A stretch of 64,000 nt of DNA, from assembly GCA_003252295.1 (NCBI GenBank), contig QKEV01000017.1:100488-164487 (forward strand). Direction: 5' to 3'. The position numbers were made by a program, and so were the translations under genes. Position 1 is the first letter of the stretch. Every line of letters begins with the position of its first letter. Below the pieces are notes generated by a model. It ran no database searches. It was not told where the DNA came from and worked only from the letters and a program-made list of their open reading frames with translations. Source of the stretch: a bacterium (GTDB taxonomy: Bacteria > Patescibacteriota > Minisyncoccia > Phycocordibacterales > UBA12088). Shown piece by piece: positions 57,412-64,000 of the stretch.

Positions 57412-58616
57412 ATCCGGAAAGGTTTGAAATTCAAGGAAAACATATCGCATGGTGGTTGCTGGGATTGGTGTTTGTAGGTGTCACGCTCTTGTGTTACAAG
57501 GCGTGGACATACGTAGAACCATTCTCTCTCCCCGTTTTCACTGCCGCACTATTTGCTTGTTTTTTGAATAAATGGTGCACGGTACTTACCGTTAAACTGA
57601 AATGTTCAAGAGTGCTCGCTTCGGCGACCGTAACTCTCGGTCTTCTGTTCACATTCGTGCTGCCGTTTTCAATCTCTTCTTTCTCTATAAGCTCTCAGGC
57701 AATAGAGGGGGTTCATGTGATTATGGACGAGGAACGACGAGCCGAAGGGAAGGATATGCTGGTTGAGAAGATGCATAGCTTTGTGGAGGAATATCCATGG
57801 AGCAAGACCGTGATGAACAAGGTCATTGATACTGTTGACGCGGTGGATACCGATCAGTCAGTACTGGTCGGCTACCTGAGCTTCAATGGGATTGTTAAGG
57901 GAGTTGGCGGAAAAGTGACCTCGATGCTTACGTCATTGTTATCGAGAGGTCTCGGCTTTTTTGGGCAGATGTTCATTACGCATGTGGCACTGTTTATTTT
58001 TCTGTTGAAGGGTGAAGAGTACATGCTGCGTATTGTTGGCGCACTCCCTTTTGACAAGGAAAGAAAACGTGGAGCACTTAGCGATGTCTCTCGTGGTATA
58101 ACAGCATTGTTTAACAGCATGTTGGTTACCGGACTGGTGCAAGGTGGAGTAGGGGCGCTCGTTATTGGTGTGTACTGCATTATGTATGCTCACATCAGCA
58201 TCCTACTTTTTGTTTTTATTGCGTTTTTGATGGTGTTCTTTTCCGCAATACCGCTCGCAGGTGCGTCGATAGGTGTTATTACCTATGCAGTGATAGCGCT
58301 AATCCATAAGCACTACGTTTTTGCAGGACTAATGGTAGTCACAGCCGCATTTATTGCCATATCGGACAACTACATCAAACCAAAAATCATGGGGAGTGCA
58401 GTAGAGGTAAAGCCAGTACTACTTCTACTCTTCATGCTTGGTGGGGTTGCTGTCGATGGACCCATCGGAGTGCTTTCCGGACCGTTCCTCATCATCTTGC
58501 TTACCATTATTTGGCGAGAGTTTGGTGATAAGTTTGATGAATTCAAACAGGATCTAAAGAACAGGATGAAGACTCCTGAGGTTGTTGTGGGAATGCCGGA
58601 GAAACGTATCAACTGA
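57408..58616 (+). CDS. AI-2E family transporter
   Basis: QG..G, IPLAG, DNYIKPKIMG, GPIG...GP. Confidence 0.88.
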   Translation: MNPERFEIQGKHIAWWLLGLVFVGVTLLCYKAWTYVEPFSLPVFTAALFACFLNKWCTVLTVKLKCSRVLASATVTLGLLFTFVLPFSISSFSISSQAIEGVHVIMDEERRAEGKDMLVEKMHSFVEEYPWSKTVMNKVIDTVDAVDTDQSVLVGYLSFNGIVKGVGGKVTSMLTSLLSRGLGFFGQMFITHVALFIFLLKGEEYMLRIVGALPFDKERKRGALSDVSRGITALFNSMLVTGLVQGGVGALVIGVYCIMYAHISILLFVFIAFLMVFFSAIPLAGASIGVITYAVIALIHKHYVFAGLMVVTAAFIAISDNYIKPKIMGSAVEVKPVLLLLFMLGGVAVDGPIGVLSGPFLIILLTIIWREFGDKFDEFKQDLKNRMKTPEVVVGMPEKRIN

Positions 58617-58634
58617 AAACATATCGATCTTTTT

Positions 58635-58665
58635 AACAGGGTGTCCTTACGAGGACACCCTGTTT
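58635..58665. terminator. Bidirectional terminator
   Basis: AACAGGGTGTCCT-tacg-AGGACACCCTGTT. Confidence 0.75.
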
Positions 58666-58671
58666 ATGTTT

Positions 58672-59055
58672 TTACAGAGGTAAGTCTATCGAAAGGTAGC
58701 CGGGACCGATAAAGAGAAGGGAAAGACAGATAATAAGGAGTAGTATTTGCACCTGTTTATCACTTCTGGAAAACTGGGTTGGTTTGTCTTGAAGGATGGT
58801 GAGGAGGCAGAGTACTGCTCCGAGTAGTGCTGCAACTTGTGTGTATACACCCAAGAGTAACATAACCCCAACCGCAAACTTTAATGCGCCATAGAGTATA
58901 CCAATTGCTCGCATTGCAGGAGTTGCTCCTTTGACGCTCCATGCAACCTGTATGAGCCGTGAGCCGAACATAAAGAAGAAGATACCAGCGGTGCCACGAA
59001 GAAGCAGTGCTCCAATAACTGAGAAATCGAGTAGTTCTGGAAATATTGATAGCAT
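58672..59055 (-). CDS. DoxX-like membrane protein
   Basis: LLLR...G, G..LLLG.YTQ.AA, GPG..SID. Confidence 0.8.
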   Translation of the reverse strand: MLSIFPELLDFSVIGALLLRGTAGIFFFMFGSRLIQVAWSVKGATPAMRAIGILYGALKFAVGVMLLLGVYTQVAALLGAVLCLLTILQDKPTQFSRSDKQVQILLLIICLSLLFIGPGYLSIDLPL

Positions 59056-59075
59056 ACCTGTAGTATACCAACATT

Positions 59076-59543
59076 ATGAAGACTGTTTACTTGATACTAC
59101 AGGATATTCGAAGTGTACATAATGTTGGTTCTATTTTCCGCAGTGCAGATGGTGTGGGGGTAAGCAAGGTGTACCTGTGTGGTTGCACTCCGACACCCAA
59201 GGATCGTTTCGGTAGAAAACGAAAAGATATGGCAAAGGTAGCACTCGGTGCCGAGGATGCTGTGACTTGGGAGTATGTTGAGACTGTGGAGGAAGCAATA
59301 GTACTCTGCAAGAAGGATGGTATGGATGTGGTTGCTGTGGAGCAAGATGCTCGTTCTATACCGTACACTAAGTACCATGTTGAGAAACCTGCAGCATTTG
59401 TACTGGGGGAGGAGACAAAAGGACTTCCTCAAGAAGTGTTAGACATGTGTGATACGGTGGTTGAAATACCGCTACGGGGAACGAAAGAATCACTCAATGT
59501 TTCCGTTGCTGCTGGCATCGTCCTCTTTCGTTGTACCGAGTAG
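59076..59543 (+). CDS. SpoU/TrmH family RNA methyltransferase
   Basis: [34 protein letters not shown]. Confidence 0.93.
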   Translation: MKTVYLILQDIRSVHNVGSIFRSADGVGVSKVYLCGCTPTPKDRFGRKRKDMAKVALGAEDAVTWEYVETVEEAIVLCKKDGMDVVAVEQDARSIPYTKYHVEKPAAFVLGEETKGLPQEVLDMCDTVVEIPLRGTKESLNVSVAAGIVLFRCTE

Positions 59544-60797
59544 TTTTTGTAGTTCCTCACGAGCAACCCCCTCATCGCTCCATGGAGTTCTCTTACCTCT
59601 TGCTTCCATAATGTAAGGGTCGGTACCTTTGCCAGTAATGAGTACAAGGTCGTTCGCTTGTGCATGTTCAAATGCATGACGGATAGCAAGACGTCTGTCC
59701 ATAATAACTTTTGGTTCTTTACTCTCAAAAGCATCTTTCATTTGCTGTACTATTGCATCGGGATCTTCGTCGTATGGATCCTCGTTAGTGAGTATTACCT
59801 CGTGACAATGTTTTTCAGCGATACGTGCCATCTCTGGACGTTTCCAGGTATCACGTCCACCACCGCAGTTACCGAGTACACATATTTTTCTTGCATTTGG
59901 AAATGAGGAATAAAGTTTCTCAAGAGAATCAGCGGTATGTGCATAGTCGACAATAACATCGAATTTTTGTCCCTCATCAACTCGCTCAACACGTCCTTTC
60001 ACCACCTCTTTTTTTTCAATTGCTTTCTTTATTACCTCAACTGGTATGCCGAGTGAACGAGCAAAGGTGGCTGCTGCAAGCATGTTGTATATGTTAAAGC
60101 GTCCAGGAAGAGGGGAGTGTATAGAAGTTTTTTCAAAGGTGACAAGAGTGCCTCTCCCGTTTGTTGCATATGGTTCGGCTTGTTTTATTGAGTAGGTGAG
60201 TTTTTCTACAGTATCTGGTACTTCAAGAAAGAGATTACTATATTCATCATCACTATTCACAATTATCTTTCGGTCTTTCTTTGATGAGGTGGTGAGTGCG
60301 TCACGTAGGAGGAGTTTTGCATCTCGGTAGTTTTCGAATGATCCGTGGCTCTCGATGTGTTCTGGAGATAGGTTTGTGAAAATGAGAGTATCGAGCTCGA
60401 TGAAGCGGTGCCTATTTTGTGCAGCTCCTTCACTTGTCATTTCAATGATAGCAAAACCGCAATCTTCTTTAACAGCAGTAGAGAGGAAATGTTGCATGAA
60501 GAAGCGTCCCGGCATACTCATCTTGTGCTTGTTTGGTACATCTGAGTCCGCAATCTTGTGATGTATGGTGCTTGAAAGGGCAACCGTGTGGCCTGCCTCT
60601 TCTAGAATAGCGGCAACGAGTTCAGAGGTGGTGCTTTTCCCTTTGGTTCCGGTTATGCCAATGACGTAGAGCTTTCTTGAAGGGTTCCCGTACCAGAGAG
60701 AGCCGATGCGAGCAAACATGAGATGGTAGTACGGTTGGAAGAACCGAAACACTTTCTTCGGGATAAACAGTTTAAGTATTCTGAGTAGTGTCTCCAT
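59490..60797 (-). CDS. murE: UDP-MurNAc-tripeptide synthetase
   Basis: [39 protein letters not shown]. Confidence 0.92.
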   Translation of the reverse strand: METLLRILKLFIPKKVFRFFQPYYHLMFARIGSLWYGNPSRKLYVIGITGTKGKSTTSELVAAILEEAGHTVALSSTIHHKIADSDVPNKHKMSMPGRFFMQHFLSTAVKEDCGFAIIEMTSEGAAQNRHRFIELDTLIFTNLSPEHIESHGSFENYRDAKLLLRDALTTSSKKDRKIIVNSDDEYSNLFLEVPDTVEKLTYSIKQAEPYATNGRGTLVTFEKTSIHSPLPGRFNIYNMLAAATFARSLGIPVEVIKKAIEKKEVVKGRVERVDEGQKFDVIVDYAHTADSLEKLYSSFPNARKICVLGNCGGGRDTWKRPEMARIAEKHCHEVILTNEDPYDEDPDAIVQQMKDAFESKEPKVIMDRRLAIRHAFEHAQANDLVLITGKGTDPYIMEARGKRTPWSDEGVAREELQKLLGTTKEDDASSNGNIE

Positions 60798-60798
60798 A

Positions 60799-61368
60799 CT
60801 ATGAAAGTAGTTTCAATGCTTCTTTAATAAGCTCACCTTGTTCGGTTATATCACTTGGTATCTTGCGTAGTGCTTCACGGGCTTCATCACTGCGGTAGCC
60901 AAGGGTGCGTAGTGCTTCAAGTACATCCTCTTCTTCACGCCGTGATGAGGTGAATGTTGCTGTGTCAAAATTTTTAACTTTATCCTTGAGCTCAAGTACG
61001 ATCTTTTCTGCACTCTTCTTTCCGACACCACTCACCTTAGTGAGGTAGCCAACATCACCGTGAGCTATAGCCCCGAGAAGTTTCTCGATAGATTCGAGGT
61101 TGAGTATACCGAGAGCAGAGCGGGGACCAATACCGTTTACACCAATGAGAAGAATGAATACATCGTACTCATCTTCAGTAAAAAAACCGTACAGATCAAG
61201 TGCATCTTCACGTATCACATGGTGGGTAAACAGCCCTAGTTCTTCACCCAGATCAGTGGTATCAAGTACGGTCTGTGTGCAGTACACCTTGTAGCCAACA
61301 CCACCTACCGAGAGGATGATGGAGTGGTCACGTTTTGCAAAAACGGTTCCTGTGAGATGAGCGATCAT
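60799..61368 (-). CDS. ruvA: Holliday junction DNA-binding protein
   Basis: MIAHLTG, GVGY, REDA..LYGF, GIGP, GVGKKSAEKIVLELKDK, ALRTLGY. Confidence 0.96.
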   Translation of the reverse strand: MIAHLTGTVFAKRDHSIILSVGGVGYKVYCTQTVLDTTDLGEELGLFTHHVIREDALDLYGFFTEDEYDVFILLIGVNGIGPRSALGILNLESIEKLLGAIAHGDVGYLTKVSGVGKKSAEKIVLELKDKVKNFDTATFTSSRREEEDVLEALRTLGYRSDEAREALRKIPSDITEQGELIKEALKLLS

Positions 61369-61480
61369 AATCTCATAATATAGCAAAGGGCTTTGTGGAG
61401 CGATACTATTCACGCACCCAGGTATGTTGTAATGATGTAGACTTGCGAAATAAACTTACTGTGGTATTCTCTCTGTCACT

Positions 61481-61753
61481 ATGCCAATAACAAGTTCAGC
61501 AAAAAAGGCAAACGAAGCAAGCTTACGAAAGCATGTTTTTAATTTGCGCCGTAATCGCGACATGAAAGCAGCGGTAAAGGAGGTACGGGCTTTGGCTTCT
61601 GAAGGTAAGACTAAGGAGGCGGAGGAAAAACTTCCAGTAGCGTACAAAGCAATAGATAAAGCTGCAAAGCGGGGAGTGATCAAGAGCAACACAGCAGACA
61701 GGAAGAAATCACGACTCACAAAATTCATCGCGTCTAAAAAGGAAACAAAGTAA
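61481..61753 (+). CDS. rpsT: 30S ribosomal protein S20
   Basis: SAKK, AIDKAAKRGVI..NTADRKKSRL. Confidence 0.96.
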   Translation: MPITSSAKKANEASLRKHVFNLRRNRDMKAAVKEVRALASEGKTKEAEEKLPVAYKAIDKAAKRGVIKSNTADRKKSRLTKFIASKKETK

Positions 61754-61773
61754 AAACCCCGAGAGGGGTTTTT
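61752..61773. terminator. Bidirectional terminator
   Basis: AAAAACCCC-gaga-GGGGTTTTT. Confidence 0.75.
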
Positions 61774-62368
61774 ACTTTGCGTAAAACAGTTGTGCTTCCT
61801 GTTCTTTCAGTTGTTCGACGAGAGTGTCGAAGTACTCTTGCACTGTAGGATTGAGCTTTACCTTGTTTACTTTCTTTTCGATAAGCATGGGGAGTGTTAT
61901 CTTTTTTTCATGCCACAATTTTCCACCCTCAAGATAAATGTTTAGTGGGTCAATGATCTTGTCTAGTGCATACACAAAACGACTCTCAGAGTCATTCTTT
62001 TTCTCATACTCACTAATGGTTTCGTGCAACTCTTTAAACTCAGGAATCGTTTTCTTGAGTGTTCTTAGTGCTTCCTGCTCCCGCTTTTCTTTCGTTTTTG
62101 CTGCTTCACTGTCGTAGAAGTAGGTGTCACCAGCATACACCTCCACAAGATCGTGTACGAGTGCATACCTCAGAACAAGATCTTTGTTGAGTGCAAGACC
62201 TTCTTTTTCGACAAGGTACCAAGCTATGAGAGCAAGCTGATAGCTGTGCTCCACCATGTTTGCGTAGCGGTCCATACCATTGATGCGGGCGACACGTTCC
62301 ACTTTGTGTGCAAGGTGGGTGAACTCAACGAATGAGAGTAGTTGCTGTAAGTCTGCTTCGGACTTCAT
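61772..62368 (-). CDS. HD-domain phosphohydrolase (YfbR/HDDC2-like)
   Basis: EHSY, ALVHDLVE.YAGD, ALDK. Confidence 0.9.
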   Translation of the reverse strand: MKSEADLQQLLSFVEFTHLAHKVERVARINGMDRYANMVEHSYQLALIAWYLVEKEGLALNKDLVLRYALVHDLVEVYAGDTYFYDSEAAKTKEKREQEALRTLKKTIPEFKELHETISEYEKKNDSESRFVYALDKIIDPLNIYLEGGKLWHEKKITLPMLIEKKVNKVKLNPTVQEYFDTLVEQLKEQEAQLFYAK

Positions 62369-62422
62369 TGTTGCATACTACTGCTCAAAAAAGTAATCTG
62401 CAAGATACTGTATACTAGCTGT

Positions 62423-62827
62423 ATGAATGAAATACCAAATTGTTTCTATCGAGTGAGTGTGAAGGCACTCGTTTTGAATGAGACGAGAGACAAGTTTCTC
62501 GTAGTACAGGAGGAAAATGGAAGATGGGAACTTCCAGGAGGAGGACTTGATTGGGGAAGTGTACCTAAAGAGGATGTGCAGCGTGAGATACAGGAAGAGA
62601 TGGGGCTAGAGGTGATACGTGTTGCGGACCATCCATCGTATTTTGTGACGAGTCAGAACGAACGAGGTGTCTGGATAGCAAACGTGCTCTATGAGGTTGA
62701 ATTGAAAAACTTAGATTTTACTCCGTCAGATGAGTGTGTAGCAGTGAAGTTTATAGATGCTGAAGATGTAAAGGGTATGGAACTGTTCTCAAATGTTGAG
62801 GAGTTGTTGAAGGTGTTTGGTGTGTAA
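62423..62827 (+). CDS. NUDIX hydrolase
   Basis: WELPGGGLDWG.......REIQEEMG. Confidence 0.9.
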   Translation: MNEIPNCFYRVSVKALVLNETRDKFLVVQEENGRWELPGGGLDWGSVPKEDVQREIQEEMGLEVIRVADHPSYFVTSQNERGVWIANVLYEVELKNLDFTPSDECVAVKFIDAEDVKGMELFSNVEELLKVFGV

Positions 62828-62833
62828 AAGAGC

Positions 62834-63025
62834 GTGCTCTCGGCAGGAACGCCTCTCCCTTTAGGTCGAGATCAACGTTTACATACCCACAGGGCACAAG
62901 AACCTGACGAGTCAGGTTGTCGCTCCGCTCTGTGTAAACGTTAGTCCTACGGTTCGATTCCTGCCTGAGAACCTGTGTATAGCAAAAGACATCCACAGTA
63001 AAACCGGGATGTCTTTTGCTATATG
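62834..63025. repeat. tRNA-Arg 3'-end direct and inverted copies with intervening hairpins
   Basis: GTGCTCTCGGCAGGAA at 62834 equals 63025-63040; GGTTCGATTCCTGCC at 62951 is the inverted copy. Confidence 0.85.
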
Positions 63026-63097
63026 TGCTCTCGGCAGGAATCGAACCTGCATTACGACTTCCGCAAAGTCGCGTCCTATCCGTTGAACGACGAGAGC
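63026..63097 (-). tRNA. tRNA-Arg(GCG)
   Basis: GCTCTCG/CGAGAGC acceptor, anticodon arm CGACT-TTGCGGA-AGTCG, GGTTCGATTCC. Confidence 0.93.
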
Positions 63098-63145
63098 ATG
63101 GTGATTAAAATACACCATTATTATTTATACGTCTACTGTAGTGTA

Positions 63146-63270
63146 CCAGTGGGTGGATGCTTGTTTAAAGTTCAAGGCACCAAGGAGGTATATCCATGAG
63201 TTGTATGAAAATACTACGAATGAATCAGTGACGCAGGTAACGCAGAAATTTACCAAGCAGACCTCACTGG
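63146..63270. repeat. Palindromic REP/MITE-like element
   Basis: Nested IRs CCAGTG..TGCTTG..AAAGTTC / GAAATTT..CAAGCA..CACTGG. Confidence 0.55.
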
Positions 63271-63771
63271 CTAGAAGCCGAGCCACTCCATCACTTTGTG
63301 TATAGTCGGTTCCTCGTGATTTTCTTCAGGGAGGTAGTCATACAAGAAATCATGCACAACCTCAATGTTAATACCTTCTACTGGTATAACAATGTCTAAA
63401 GTAAAGATCTTTTTTGATTCAAAAATGATCTTTGGAATATGGTTCTCTGAAATATCTTCAATACTGAATGACTTGAGTGATTGGAATGGATAGAGTTCTT
63501 TGTTGATACGTAAGCCTCTCTGGCTGAGGGTGAACGTGTACTCTTCTGGTTTTCGTGCAGCGTAGAGTGCGAGTACAAAAGTAGCTACGAGAATAACGAT
63601 AGAGAAGAGTATGTTGCCATATATGAGTGCTGTTACAGCACCAGCAACTCCTATGAGCCCAAGAGCCCAAAACCACTCACTGTTTTTTTCCTGATGTTGG
63701 TATTCGTGTGCAGTCCAAGAAATAGGCTGTTTCTGTACAGTTGGCTGCTTTTCAATATCGCTTTCCTCCAT
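63271..63771 (-). CDS. Conserved hypothetical membrane protein (2 TM + PH-like domain)
   Basis: ISWTAHEY.H.EK...WFW, G..I....YPF. Confidence 0.75.
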   Translation of the reverse strand: MEESDIEKQPTVQKQPISWTAHEYQHQEKNSEWFWALGLIGVAGAVTALIYGNILFSIVILVATFVLALYAARKPEEYTFTLSQRGLRINKELYPFQSLKSFSIEDISENHIPKIIFESKKIFTLDIVIPVEGINIEVVHDFLYDYLPEENHEEPTIHKVMEWLGF

Positions 63772-63829
63772 ATCTACATCATAGATGGAGTGTGTATAAA
63801 AAGCTAGTAATGGTTCCACAAAACTGTGG

Positions 63830-64000
63830 TTATCCTTTGATCTGTTTCTCTGCTTCTTTTAGTTGTTCGATACTGTTTATAGGTTGCCAGAACGAAAGTA
63901 TTTCGATGTGCACTGGATTGTCTTGAGCAAACTTATTGAGTACATGTGGAATGTGTTTTTCTTCACCTTCCGGCCAGTCACTATAGTAATCAAAAAGATC
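63830..64000 (-). CDS. C-terminus of a probable sugar-nucleotidyltransferase-family protein (truncated by window)
   Basis: Open frame ...EEKHIPHVLNKF...FWQPINSIEQLKEAEKQIKG*. Confidence 0.55.
   Translation of the reverse strand, partial: DLFDYYSDWPEGEEKHIPHVLNKFAQDNPVHIEILSFWQPINSIEQLKEAEKQIKG

Noticed and set aside
62751-63118. ORFs overlapping tRNA-Arg and its downstream element
   Set aside because: Translations of tRNA and repeat sequence
1-64000. Alternative genetic code (TGA=Gly, as in Gracilibacteria/Absconditabacteria)
   Set aside because: Long core genes are intact under code 11 and several accessory genes end at TGA

Overview
64-kb origin-proximal chromosomal window of a Patescibacteria (CPR) genome, most likely Parcubacteria. 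The assignment rests on gene content and style: compact genes, many apparently leaderless starts, a CPR-type T4SS/PrgI cluster, tRNA-Arg(GCG), short PolA and YebC. Standard code 11 (TGA is used as stop). Core content: pnp, comM, pcrA, rsmA, jag-yidC-rnpA-rpmH, dnaA-oriC-dnaN, PBP1A, ruvC/ruvB/ruvA, pilB, tsaE, polA, holA, murE, rpsT and two tRNAs. Accessory content: a T4SS-like/surface-protein cluster (11-26 kb), an SPFH gene pair inserted between rpmH and dnaA, a variable island 3' of tRNA-Lys (44.5-51.8 kb) and an SD-led membrane/transport island (52-58.6 kb). The most striking unexplained signals are: (i) four copies of a repeat that keeps a conserved peptide frame and alternates with cargo genes, three of them starting with a tRNA-3'-end-like att core (a cassette-like array of integration scars); (ii) structured elements carrying inverted copies of tRNA 3' ends next to both tRNAs; (iii) a ~195-nt multi-hairpin candidate ncRNA between ruvB and pilB; (iv) a leader-peptide attenuator upstream of a HAD/nucleoside hydrolase pair. 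All family calls come from reading motifs by eye; no database searches were run.
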